Source: Oligoflexales bacterium (lineage in GTDB: Bacteria; Bdellovibrionota_B; Oligoflexia; Oligoflexales; CAIYRB01). Taken from it: DNA of 64,000 bases. Under the pieces are notes generated by a model, which was given only the letters and a program-made list of their open reading frames with translations, was not told the origin of the DNA and ran no database searches. The DNA is taken from the NCBI GenBank assembly GCA_041736175.1, contig JBGSUI010000234.1, positions 1 through 64,000 on the forward strand, written 5' to 3'. The first letter of the stretch is position 1, and each line of letters starts with the position of its first letter. A program made the translations under genes and the position numbers. Shown one piece after another: positions 39,001-48,000 of the stretch.

Positions 39001-42000
39001 CTAACCTTGGATACTGCTACTTTGTCGACAATAAGTTTGATGAGTCCCTAAAATATTTTGATCTGGCTCAGGCCGAACTTGATCAAATGAACGCTAAAGA
39101 TGAAGATGCAGACGATTCGAATGGTGCGATTAAGGTCGACCTCGGGGGCCAAGGATCGGCAGCCAAGGGATTTGACCTTTTTGCACGCAGAAATCTGATT
39201 CTTTCCTTTAAAGCCTCCATCTATGGAAAGCTAAATCGACTTGATTTACAACTCGACAGTCTCAATAAAAAGCTCGAAATCCTGTCAGCCCATAGGGAGT
39301 CTGAGATAGACGACGCAGGAAAATCAGAAAAGTTTATGGCAGAAGAGATATCGATCACCCAAAATAATATTGCTGCCTTAAAGCTGTCTCTTGGACGGCA
39401 AGATCAATCCATCCAGGGTTTTCGTGATGCCGAGGCGACAGCAAAGCTCCTGCGCCCCGAAGATCAGACCTACAAAAATAAGGGGGAGATCACCAATGCC
39501 CTCAACGCATCACGTTTAGATCTGCGATTAGCGAGTCTCAATATCCTAGGGGGAGGGGATATTAAACAGAGGTATATGGACCTCAAAGAAGCGGCAGATA
39601 ACTTGAAACCAGTCTATAAAAGCGGCTCTAAAGAGCAGGGGCAGTCGATAGCAGAGTTTATGGCTTTGGCGACGTCCTTTAAAAGGATTATCGACCCTAA
39701 ATCCACAGATACCGATGCTCTTTTGGTTGATACGGTCCAAATCGTCAAGAGAGGAGATCTATCCGATCAAGTCAAGAATGGTGCTCTGCTAGCGTTTAAC
39801 GGCTCTGATAAAAACCAAATCGATCTTTCTAAAGAGGGATTTTTGGCAGAACCTGCAAACCAAGTAAAACCAGGCGAAACAAAAGAAGCCGATAATCCTA
39901 GCGATATCGCTTCGTACACTGAACTGTTGGAACAAAGCAAGGCATCTTTTAAAGATAAACAGCAATATGGTTGGAAATTGGCCATCATTAACAAAAATCT
40001 TGGTCAAGCCCAAAAAGCACTCGAGGAGTTGGTGTTAGACGGTGGATTTCTGTCGAATCCAGTCGACAGGCGGCTAGCGCGCAGTCTTGCAGAACTCAAG
40101 ATCGTTGAATCGATCAAAGGCAAAAATGAGGGCGCCCTTATAACGGCGGTGCGCGACCAGAATCGCTATCGACTCTTAGAAATGATAAACCGAGGGACCG
40201 CAAATATTGAGAAAGAAAAAAGAGACGAAATCCTGGGTTATTATCGTGGATTGTTAGAAGTCAAAAATTTGGAGTTCCTAGCGACTGCACTCAAATCAAG
40301 AGAACATATCCTCTTAGCCTATAGGACTTTGGGTGGATACCTTGCCGTTGTCCACCTGACGAAGGAAGGGGATAAGATCTCCCCGACGGTGGTCAGTAGC
40401 TATGGGAAACCAAATGCCACCTGGTCTGAGGAGAGTGCACGACTAAGACTCGCTGTGACGGCGCTTATCAATAGTCCCTTGATCGCTCAAAAGATAAAGC
40501 CAGGTGATTCTCTTTATATTGTTCCTGCGATGGAATTGCATGGTTTAGAGTGGGAAAGCCTTAATTTCAAGGGACAAAAACTAGGCAAAGCCCATGTGTT
40601 AGCCTACTTACCCGCCGTTGAGGCTCTGCCAGAATATGTGGCCAAAGGCAAAATCCTTAAAAATTGGATTGGGCTGGTGTCGCAACATACAGAAATACCC
40701 GATAAAACGACCAACCCATTTCAAAAAATACTTAACGATCAGCAGAGTTTTGAAGAAATCAATGGAGATGGAGAAAAGTCCCTCGTCAAATCCATCAGAA
40801 ACTACAATATTGTCCATATCGAAAAGCCTATTCTTATCAGCCAATCAGAACCAGCTAAGACAACCTTGCTCATGGTCATTAAAAAGGATCTCAATGATCA
40901 GGAGTCAAAACCAGACGACGAACCACTCAAAGAGTCCCACAGGGATGATCTATACCTCAACGATTTTTTGACATCTCCAACTCCACAGACCACGGGAATC
41001 ATTTTTGCGAATCTAAAGGAGAGTGCAGAAAGGTATTCTATCGGTGAAGGGGAAGACGCATGGGCTTACCTATCACTTGTCACACTAAAAGCTGGGATTC
41101 CAAGTATCCTGCTGACTACCTCCAAGCCAGAGTCAACTGAGGAGGAATCAGGGTCAATTGAAAGTGGTTTTGAGGAATGGACGACGTTTTATAACAAGCT
41201 AGCTGATTCTTCTATATCAGAGAGTCTCCATCAATCCGCAATCGAAGGCAGGGTTTATGGGTTTTTTGGAATAAGCTCAAGTCAGGAGCTTGCGTTTGCA
41301 AAAGATAGGATTGAAAAGACCGTAAACCAAGCAGACGAGGCTTATGACGATGGCGACTATCTATTGGCCTCGGAGCTTTATAAGGAAGCCCTATTTTATA
41401 ACGATAGGATTGGCAAAAAAGATAATGATGTCTTGGACAGAATTGTAGCGAGTCTTTTTCAGTTAAGAGAATATTCCGCAGCTCTTCACTTTAAAAAAAT
41501 TGCAAGCTCCCGACTTAAGCCAGCCCCAAAGGGCCAACCAGGAGCCGACAAAGATCCAGTGGACTACGGAAACAGCGTCATAGAGGCGGCAGTGTTAGCT
41601 GTAAGAGCAAAAAAACACAAACAAGCAGAAAGTTTGTTAAACGAGGCGGAGACAATCTTTAAAGCAGAAGAGGACTACGCTCAATTGGGCAAAATTGCCC
41701 AGTACCGAGGAATAGACGCTGAAAATCAGAAGAACTATGAAAAAACCATCGAATGGTACCGGGTCTCCATGGATCTCTATAGTAAAGTTAACAAAGGTGA
41801 GTCGACCCAGAGGCTCCTCAATATTGGAAATATTTACAACGCGAGGCTTTCTGAGTATGCAAAAGCCATCGAGTATTACGAACTTGCCGAAGCAAACTTT
41901 AAGGCAGAAGGCTCAAAAGACTATATTCCTGTACTTATCGATAAGGCCAACGCTTTTATCGCCATTGGGCAAGTGGAAGATGCGATTATCTTACTGGAAC

Positions 42001-44198
42001 GCAATGTGATCACTCGACTCGACAAAGATAAAGAAAAGGACCTTTGGGTGAGATCCACCCAGCTCCTAGCAAGCGCCTATTTACGTTCGGGGCTCCTTGT
42101 GCAAGCAAAAGAGCTGAACGAAAAAACAATTATAGAATCGCGAAAAATAGAAGACTCTAGGGATAAAATGAAGCCGATTTCGCGAGAGATCGATGCGATT
42201 GGCTTGAAGGGATACATCCTCTCAGCGATGGGAGATTTTACGGGCGGATTCGAAGAATTCAAAAATGCAATCAATATAGCAAACAAATATAAACTCAAAG
42301 GGCAGCTTGCGGTTTTATACAATAATTATGGATTTTGGGCCCGAGAGTATGGGGCTGTTGACGAATCTATTGAGTTTTTTAGTCTAGCCCTTAAGTACGA
42401 TACAGAGCTTAAATCCAAATCAGGGATCGCCGTCGACCAAAGAAATATGGCGCTCAGTGTGATTCTCAAGGGAGACTATACCAGAGCTAAAGATCTCCTC
42501 CAGGTGTCCCTAAAGACCAGCCAAGAACTTAATCTTGTGTATAACAGTATCTACTGCCAGTTTGGACTTGGGGATATTGCTTTAAGAGAAAATCAATTTG
42601 ATTTAGCCCGCAAGCATTTTGAAGAATCCCTAAGGATAGCGCAGAAAAATGGGTTTAAAGAGTTTATCTGGAAATCCCATGCTGGAATTGCCCAGGCGGA
42701 ATTGGAGCTAGGGAGCTTTGAGAAATCAGCCGGGGAGTCGGCAAAAGCGATCGCCATCATAGAGTCTCAGAAAGCTGGATTAAAATCAGGATCGTCCAAG
42801 TCAGAATTTCAATCCGAGAAGGGTGTGCAAGAAGTCTACCAAACCTATGCAGTCGCTTTGATGAAGTTAGGCAAGATCGACAAAGCCTGGAGCCTTGCCG
42901 AGAAGGCCCGAGGGAGAGCCTATCTTGATTCCTTTGGATCTAAAAAAATCAATCTAGCCAATGAAGACAGCCAAAGACTCCTACTTGAGGAACAACGTTT
43001 AAGACGTAGCCTCGATGGAGCCATGTCCTACCACAGGCGACTTCAAAGTGCAGGGGTCTCGGGACCAAAAGCCGCGAGTGCACTGCAAGAAGTCAACAAG
43101 TTTGCAGCGGCTAGACGTGGTGTTATAGCCCAGATGTATAAGCTGGACAAACAGCTCCTAGAACTGGTGACCACTAGCGCGATTTCGGCTGGCGAGGTCG
43201 CCAAAAAGTTGCCTGACTCCACAGGGATACTGGAATACTTAGTTACAAAAAATAACTTGTTGGTCTGGTTCGTGGCAGAGGGAAAGGTGGCGGGCAAAAT
43301 GATTCCCATGAATCCAACAGATTTTTCCAAAAAAATCGCGGACTACCGATTGCTTATGCAAAATTACTCATCTCCACAGTATCTGGGGCAAGAGCTAAGC
43401 GATTTACTGTTGATGCCTTTTGCGGAAGAGCTTAAAAAGCTCAAACGAGTGCTTATCGTACCCCATAAGGACCTGCATTTTGTCTCATTTGCCTCACTGC
43501 CGCTTTATGGCAAGTTTACAATTGACCAGTTTTCTCTTGCATATCTGGAATCGTCGACCTTTCTGAGATATATACCGGAACAAAGTGTTCCCTTTGATCC
43601 GAATGGCACAAAAATCCTGGCATTTTCCAATCCTAACGACCCACTTAAAGATCGTCCAAACTTACCTTTTGCGACTAAGGAAGCTGAGGTCCTAAAAAGA
43701 TATTTCCGAAATGTCGAAGTCCACAATGGGCAAAATGCCACTGAAACAAAGCTGAAACAAGCCAAGTCTCTCGACATCCTTCATATTGGATCCCATGGAG
43801 TCTTTAATGATAAGTTTCCCGAGGACTCTAGCATTTTGCTGTCTGCAGACAAAGACAATGACGGCTTTCTAAAGATCATGGAGATTTTTGGTTTGAACTT
43901 GCGGCCCAAAATGGTGACCCTTTCGGCCTGCGAGAGTGGGATGGGGGTTATATCCTCTGCTGATGAGATCATAGGGCTTAACCGGGCCTTTTTTCAGACC
44001 GGAGCGACTACGTTGGTGTCCGCATTGTGGAGAATCAATGATGTGACCAGTGCGGTCACCATGAAGCGCTTTTATCGAAACCTAGCCACTGGACAACCGA
44101 AAGACCTCGCTCTTGTCAATGCTCAAAAAGTAGTCCGTACCTACTTCAAACATCCGGCCTATTGGGCGGCCTTTAGAGTGGTTGGGGATTGGAAATAG
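36021..44198 (+). CDS. Giant exported protein: TolB-like (PD40) propeller, TPRs, degenerate CHAT, TPRs, intact CHAT (caspase-like) protease
   Basis: Signal LVLTTAFC; six PD40-like repeats (e.g. PSVSPDGNQVVY); many TPRs; C-terminal LHIGSHG (H2592), VTLSACESG (C2637), HPAYWAAF. Confidence 0.9.
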   Translation: MIMGIFKEASILRRMTALISGVFLVLTTAFCSGSKYLDEIYPQNQPLSDSISVPERVTAGSESNFAPNLSPNGAYVIYTSDKTGNKDLWEKSTTGGYGRQLTFHSADDFSPVINNKGDQIAFVSRREDAAGDIHIKDLSSSPFSFASGNQSEGTLEVIQSNMTEDTNPEWFPDSSKIIFAARKPGDKYPQITVASLDDLIPKPLGEARGDQPSVSPDGNQVVYVKDGGLRLYDIEAEKDYALTEGGYLQDGQPRFSNSGEEIVFIRYADDTNNDGFLNADDRSSIWKLTVKSALADKNKQTYLVTPLTTSSFAGYNPQMTSPFLYLTLQTHNGLDIFKLSESGQITPAIDLDKLRSQRDLAPDLWSKLYVLRLGATHFFKLNQQSHAAEAALMELDLLSRNSRQPEFIWAYRKFKATFGNQSQWTTLADLFRLNLELQPLRYQLGSSDLTKDQEEKLNEVEGGVMAIIKGLQGKSQANKQPYDSRITAMAKYIRAQIAASRRKFFESYAIIEEIVLNHPDQTEICAQVQLFHASMIPATSDTSTALEKLKTVVQKYKSQRSVAIDAGSLAISLTSARPVEQTEILGQLKESAKGLPILPAIAHMKIAEIFASENKKAVYANELRQIVDLYPDSPEVTLAAAEKLLPLEEADGRYTNSEESLRRLFEKIKGDVPEYKMRAKSLLMETILHHGEYFLRKNAFADACREYEKVISIDSLNVSGHRGLVDCKFKLGQLDEILDTYQEKAEDYPNHAAYAYIYGYALTYLIDGESSPRLKLGAIDDSIDQIEIARSINSQILQIHQTLGWLYFQRGYWQDRYYKSGSVLGSVRQKAGMVQNFFGVTSPNWLQLSIDSYHTAYFLSKENSYERVTIALNLGQTYYELKNFQKALTYYLERIKRLEEIPLRDPRTEGVLFRRAGRSAFQIDELQLAENLQKEALNRWESLNDDLEVSYSTDALALTQREQGKYRDAIKLYERLLEATTRNNQTLNKLGALSNLGYCYFVDNKFDESLKYFDLAQAELDQMNAKDEDADDSNGAIKVDLGGQGSAAKGFDLFARRNLILSFKASIYGKLNRLDLQLDSLNKKLEILSAHRESEIDDAGKSEKFMAEEISITQNNIAALKLSLGRQDQSIQGFRDAEATAKLLRPEDQTYKNKGEITNALNASRLDLRLASLNILGGGDIKQRYMDLKEAADNLKPVYKSGSKEQGQSIAEFMALATSFKRIIDPKSTDTDALLVDTVQIVKRGDLSDQVKNGALLAFNGSDKNQIDLSKEGFLAEPANQVKPGETKEADNPSDIASYTELLEQSKASFKDKQQYGWKLAIINKNLGQAQKALEELVLDGGFLSNPVDRRLARSLAELKIVESIKGKNEGALITAVRDQNRYRLLEMINRGTANIEKEKRDEILGYYRGLLEVKNLEFLATALKSREHILLAYRTLGGYLAVVHLTKEGDKISPTVVSSYGKPNATWSEESARLRLAVTALINSPLIAQKIKPGDSLYIVPAMELHGLEWESLNFKGQKLGKAHVLAYLPAVEALPEYVAKGKILKNWIGLVSQHTEIPDKTTNPFQKILNDQQSFEEINGDGEKSLVKSIRNYNIVHIEKPILISQSEPAKTTLLMVIKKDLNDQESKPDDEPLKESHRDDLYLNDFLTSPTPQTTGIIFANLKESAERYSIGEGEDAWAYLSLVTLKAGIPSILLTTSKPESTEEESGSIESGFEEWTTFYNKLADSSISESLHQSAIEGRVYGFFGISSSQELAFAKDRIEKTVNQADEAYDDGDYLLASELYKEALFYNDRIGKKDNDVLDRIVASLFQLREYSAALHFKKIASSRLKPAPKGQPGADKDPVDYGNSVIEAAVLAVRAKKHKQAESLLNEAETIFKAEEDYAQLGKIAQYRGIDAENQKNYEKTIEWYRVSMDLYSKVNKGESTQRLLNIGNIYNARLSEYAKAIEYYELAEANFKAEGSKDYIPVLIDKANAFIAIGQVEDAIILLERNVITRLDKDKEKDLWVRSTQLLASAYLRSGLLVQAKELNEKTIIESRKIEDSRDKMKPISREIDAIGLKGYILSAMGDFTGGFEEFKNAINIANKYKLKGQLAVLYNNYGFWAREYGAVDESIEFFSLALKYDTELKSKSGIAVDQRNMALSVILKGDYTRAKDLLQVSLKTSQELNLVYNSIYCQFGLGDIALRENQFDLARKHFEESLRIAQKNGFKEFIWKSHAGIAQAELELGSFEKSAGESAKAIAIIESQKAGLKSGSSKSEFQSEKGVQEVYQTYAVALMKLGKIDKAWSLAEKARGRAYLDSFGSKKINLANEDSQRLLLEEQRLRRSLDGAMSYHRRLQSAGVSGPKAASALQEVNKFAAARRGVIAQMYKLDKQLLELVTTSAISAGEVAKKLPDSTGILEYLVTKNNLLVWFVAEGKVAGKMIPMNPTDFSKKIADYRLLMQNYSSPQYLGQELSDLLLMPFAEELKKLKRVLIVPHKDLHFVSFASLPLYGKFTIDQFSLAYLESSTFLRYIPEQSVPFDPNGTKILAFSNPNDPLKDRPNLPFATKEAEVLKRYFRNVEVHNGQNATETKLKQAKSLDILHIGSHGVFNDKFPEDSSILLSADKDNDGFLKIMEIFGLNLRPKMVTLSACESGMGVISSADEIIGLNRAFFQTGATTLVSALWRINDVTSAVTMKRFYRNLATGQPKDLALVNAQKVVRTYFKHPAYWAAFRVVGDWK

Positions 44199-44201
44199 TC
44201 C

Positions 44202-45647
44202 ATGAAGACCATATGGATTTTGGCGGTTATGAGTTTTCTATCTTGCAGTGATGGGGGAGATGAGGTCACCCCAGCCATCATTGAAAAAGTTGAAAATAAA
44301 GGATCTATACTCGAATCTCCCCAATATGTTCTTGGGACCGTTGTCGTCCCGGGTTTAGAGTATGGATTGTGGGAAATTTGGGTTTATGACCATACAAGTC
44401 CCAAATTAGAAAGAATCAAGGTGTCCTCCCAAGGTCAATTTAAGATCCCTATGGCATTTTTTGGAATCGAACGAATCTACTCCTTCCACATCTTGGATCG
44501 CTATCAATGGATAGGAAGTCTCGTCTTTGGTAACGGAGCGAGTCAGAGTGAGTATATAAAATACCAGGGAGGGTTGGGGTTTGACGTAGGGGAGATCAAG
44601 GTACCGCTTGATACCTTTGGCCAACCTAAAAGCGAGCGGCTGCCGATAGCAACCACGATTGGTGGGGGATTTTCCATTGCTGAAGGTTCGAATAAAAAGA
44701 GTTTTTTGGATTTCCGCCCTTTCGAAGGTCTAAACACCTTTGATTTAGGTTCTAGTCTGCGAATCAGTCATCCCGTAGACTTGTTGTATTCCTATATCTT
44801 GGCCGAGTCCAATCCTAACCTGTATCTTAGTCATATCAACAGTTCGACCCATTTAGTCGTGAGAGTTCAAACAACCAGTCCCGATGTTTACCAGGATATG
44901 TCTCTCAATGATTCCGAAGAATCTCTCCAAAAGGCATCTTTGGTTGATGAGACCTACCAACCAAATCAGGATTTTTGGAGGCTCAAGTCTTTTTTGTTAG
45001 ACAAGTCTGGTCCAGACTTTTTAAAGCGCTTTTATATAGGTAAGACACCAACTTTTTTAAGCTCTGTGATCCTAAGATTGGTACCCAAAGTAGGCTCCGT
45101 TAAATACCTTCCTGTTGCTCTGCAAGATCGAATTCTGATGCCTCCACGGATACAAGGGATTGCCTATGATGGCAAAACTCCCGATTCAATATTAGATTTT
45201 TCGGACCCAAAAGTCCTCAATGGATTGACCTCGCCTTTTTGCATCAAACCAAGTATGCAGCTTAGAATCGCACTGCCAAAAATCGAATCAACGAGATCCA
45301 AGTTTCCCCTAGAGACCCTCCATATCCTGATCACCTATCTTATGGAGGTTGCCCATGAACCCAAAGACCTTATACCAGAGCCGACCGATTTTCCGGAAAC
45401 CTTCCAAAAAGACTTGGAAATCGACAGCCTGTCCAGGTGGCTTCCACAAAAACGATCACTGGTCTTTGATTTAGAGAATCTGACCGCAAACTATGTCGAT
45501 ATAAAAATCCCTGCCGAGGTATTTTTGAAATCGATCAGGGGCAAAGAGGTTAGCGAACATCGTTTAGAAGTCCTTTTTAACAGCGCTACAAATGCGTCAG
45601 AAACCTCAAGCGTCAGTCGATTCAAATATACATGCCAAGGTCTATAA
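44202..45647 (+). CDS. Hypothetical lipoprotein
   Basis: MKTIWILAVMSFLSC lipoprotein-like signal; 3 bp after the CHAT gene stop. Confidence 0.7.
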   Translation: MKTIWILAVMSFLSCSDGGDEVTPAIIEKVENKGSILESPQYVLGTVVVPGLEYGLWEIWVYDHTSPKLERIKVSSQGQFKIPMAFFGIERIYSFHILDRYQWIGSLVFGNGASQSEYIKYQGGLGFDVGEIKVPLDTFGQPKSERLPIATTIGGGFSIAEGSNKKSFLDFRPFEGLNTFDLGSSLRISHPVDLLYSYILAESNPNLYLSHINSSTHLVVRVQTTSPDVYQDMSLNDSEESLQKASLVDETYQPNQDFWRLKSFLLDKSGPDFLKRFYIGKTPTFLSSVILRLVPKVGSVKYLPVALQDRILMPPRIQGIAYDGKTPDSILDFSDPKVLNGLTSPFCIKPSMQLRIALPKIESTRSKFPLETLHILITYLMEVAHEPKDLIPEPTDFPETFQKDLEIDSLSRWLPQKRSLVFDLENLTANYVDIKIPAEVFLKSIRGKEVSEHRLEVLFNSATNASETSSVSRFKYTCQGL

Positions 45648-45677
45648 AACTGATCCCATGGGACCAAAAAAAGAGCC

Positions 45678-47864
45678 CTAAGCGGATTCCTTAGATTCTT
45701 GTTTTTCTCCGCCCATAAGCCCCACTTTTTCAATGGTGGCTCTAAATTGAAATCTAGGAGGCTTTGCAAGCATAGATTCAGCCCGTATATCGTACTTTTC
45801 GGGATTATTAAATAATAGATAGCAACAAAGATCCCCACGCTCAATCGAAACGGAGCCTAAAAGGCCCAGATTTTGTTCTTCAAGAGTGGCTTCTTGGGAG
45901 TTTTCAGGTCCGCCATGACCACCATTGGGAGGTTTTGAGGTGGGTTCATCTGCTTTGAGTTTGAATTCAGTGCCTCTTTTTAAAGATAGGGTGAGGCGGT
46001 CGCTTAAGGATTTAGATTTTTTTGAGACCTTATTGTTCGGAAGCTTTTCAATTTCGCCTAAGATAGTATTAGCAGCCTCGAGATCTCCAGCTTTGATGAC
46101 CGCCAGCGCTCGGTTGTAGTTGACTATGGCCACCAAATCGACTTGGTCATCGGGTATAGACTCAGCGGTTTTCTTATAGATCTCGATCGCATCTTTTGGA
46201 AAGCCTACTTTGGCGTAGGACACAGCTTTATTGTTCATATAGGAAATCAATCCATCGAGAGCATCAATGGATTTCATCAGGTCTTTTGCCGATTTGGTAT
46301 CGCCCGTAGCCAAAGCGACTCTTACTTCGGCCTCTTTCACAATCTGCGCATCGGGATCGAGGGTTTTAGCTTTTTCTAGGTCTTTTGTAGCTCCGGAATT
46401 GTCACCAAGTTCGGTTTTGACTTCAGCGAGATTGCACAGTCTTTCGATGTTGACAGGACTGAGCTTTTGGGCCTTCTCAAAACATTTTTGGGCTGAGACA
46501 TAGTCTTTAAGTCGCATAAAGGACTTACCTAACACATTGAGTGCAAGAATGCTGTCCCCCGACAATTTGATGGAGTCGATGGAAAGATTTCGCGCGCCTA
46601 GATAGTCTGCCCGTTGGTAGGCCAGTTCTGCTTCAACAAGTTTCTTTTTTCCTGGCAAGACGGTTGGGTCGGCTAAGAATCTCTGCAAAATGGGCTCATA
46701 GATGTCCTTCTTATTTGCTTTTATAGCTGAGCGGACCTTTCTCTCCATAGTTTGGTGCTCTGTGGGCATTCTTTCTTGTTGGATCGTCCAGACTAAAGTC
46801 GGTAAGAAATCTTCCCTGCGAATGGGTTTTCTAACGATATTCGAAATGCCTATCTCTTTGACGAGGGGCATGTCGTCAGCCTGAATTAAAGAACTCATAA
46901 CGATAATTGGGACATTGCAGAACCCATGCTGCCTAATCCTTTGGAGGAGCAGGGGACCCGTAATACCAGGGATCTTCCACTCCATCAGGATCAACGATGG
47001 TTCTTTTTCAGCCTTGGATATATACGCCCAAGCCTCTTCGCCTCCAGCAAAATCAGCAATGTCAGTGACGCCGAGCTTGGTAAATATATCTTTTGCAATA
47101 CTGCGGACTGAGTCATCTGAATCTATAATCAAACAGGTACCTAGGCCTAACACGTTTTCTCCGGCAGGCATCTCAGTCAATGCTGGCAAGGGCTCTCCAA
47201 AGAGCTTTTTAGCGGCACCACTTACATCGTCCGCCTTTTTTTCGTCGAGCAATCGGGCTTGGAGGAGAGTTGTCTTTGCTGCATCAGTCTTACCGAGTTT
47301 ATGGAGGGGTTCAGCCATGTTTATCAGGATGTCAGGATCACCGGGGAAGATCTCCAGCAGCCCTTTTTCTAGGGCTAACTGCATTGAAAATAGACTCTTA
47401 CTGCTGAGATACAGTCTAAAATAATGGGCCGCAGTAAGCTGATCTTTATACTGGTCTTGTTCCATCCTCAAGAAAAGCGTCTTTAGCTCTTCGCCGTAGG
47501 TATCTTTAGTAAACGGTTTAGAATGCCAAGAGAGGAGTCCTAAGGAGAAGGCTAGGGGGATGACGTACTGTTCTTCTTGGTCCAAAAAAATCGAGATTCT
47601 GGTCTTTTTAAGTTGGGGATGCTCGGAGCAAACTTTAAGCAAGTGCATGCCGTTAGCTGGCTGATCAGCGCTGAGGGGGATAATAATCCAATCAACTTTT
47701 TCTGTTTCGAGATGCTGCATAGCTTCGAGGATGGTGGATCGTCCTTCGGCCATTTCAAACCCTAAGGCGGACCTTAAGGTGTCGGCCATCATCTGGCGAA
47801 CAGGACCTGAGGCGTCGACAGCGAGGACTTTACAGGTTTTCTTATCGGAAAAAGGGTTTGCCAT
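45678..47864 (-). CDS. Two atypical receiver domains plus TPR repeats
   Basis: REC1 VLAVD...WIIIP...SKPF; REC2 LIIDSD...LILMEWKIPG...RKPI; C-terminal TPRs (AQKCFEKAQKLSP). Confidence 0.8.
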   Translation of the reverse strand: MANPFSDKKTCKVLAVDASGPVRQMMADTLRSALGFEMAEGRSTILEAMQHLETEKVDWIIIPLSADQPANGMHLLKVCSEHPQLKKTRISIFLDQEEQYVIPLAFSLGLLSWHSKPFTKDTYGEELKTLFLRMEQDQYKDQLTAAHYFRLYLSSKSLFSMQLALEKGLLEIFPGDPDILINMAEPLHKLGKTDAAKTTLLQARLLDEKKADDVSGAAKKLFGEPLPALTEMPAGENVLGLGTCLIIDSDDSVRSIAKDIFTKLGVTDIADFAGGEEAWAYISKAEKEPSLILMEWKIPGITGPLLLQRIRQHGFCNVPIIVMSSLIQADDMPLVKEIGISNIVRKPIRREDFLPTLVWTIQQERMPTEHQTMERKVRSAIKANKKDIYEPILQRFLADPTVLPGKKKLVEAELAYQRADYLGARNLSIDSIKLSGDSILALNVLGKSFMRLKDYVSAQKCFEKAQKLSPVNIERLCNLAEVKTELGDNSGATKDLEKAKTLDPDAQIVKEAEVRVALATGDTKSAKDLMKSIDALDGLISYMNNKAVSYAKVGFPKDAIEIYKKTAESIPDDQVDLVAIVNYNRALAVIKAGDLEAANTILGEIEKLPNNKVSKKSKSLSDRLTLSLKRGTEFKLKADEPTSKPPNGGHGGPENSQEATLEEQNLGLLGSVSIERGDLCCYLLFNNPEKYDIRAESMLAKPPRFQFRATIEKVGLMGGEKQESKESA

Positions 47865-48000
47865 TGTTATCTACCTGTATTGATTAGTTATATTTTAGAA
47901 TTGTTCCATTGATGGCGTCAAATTTGATCGGCTTGTTTGCCTTTTATCCTTAATATTCTCCACTAGAAGGGTTATCTTTGTCATCACATGGACAAAGACC

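Noticed and set aside
36021..44198. CRISPR type III-E (Csx29) or gasdermin-linked CHAT system
   Set aside because: No cas genes, repeat array or recognisable gasdermin nearby, and the protease carries an export signal
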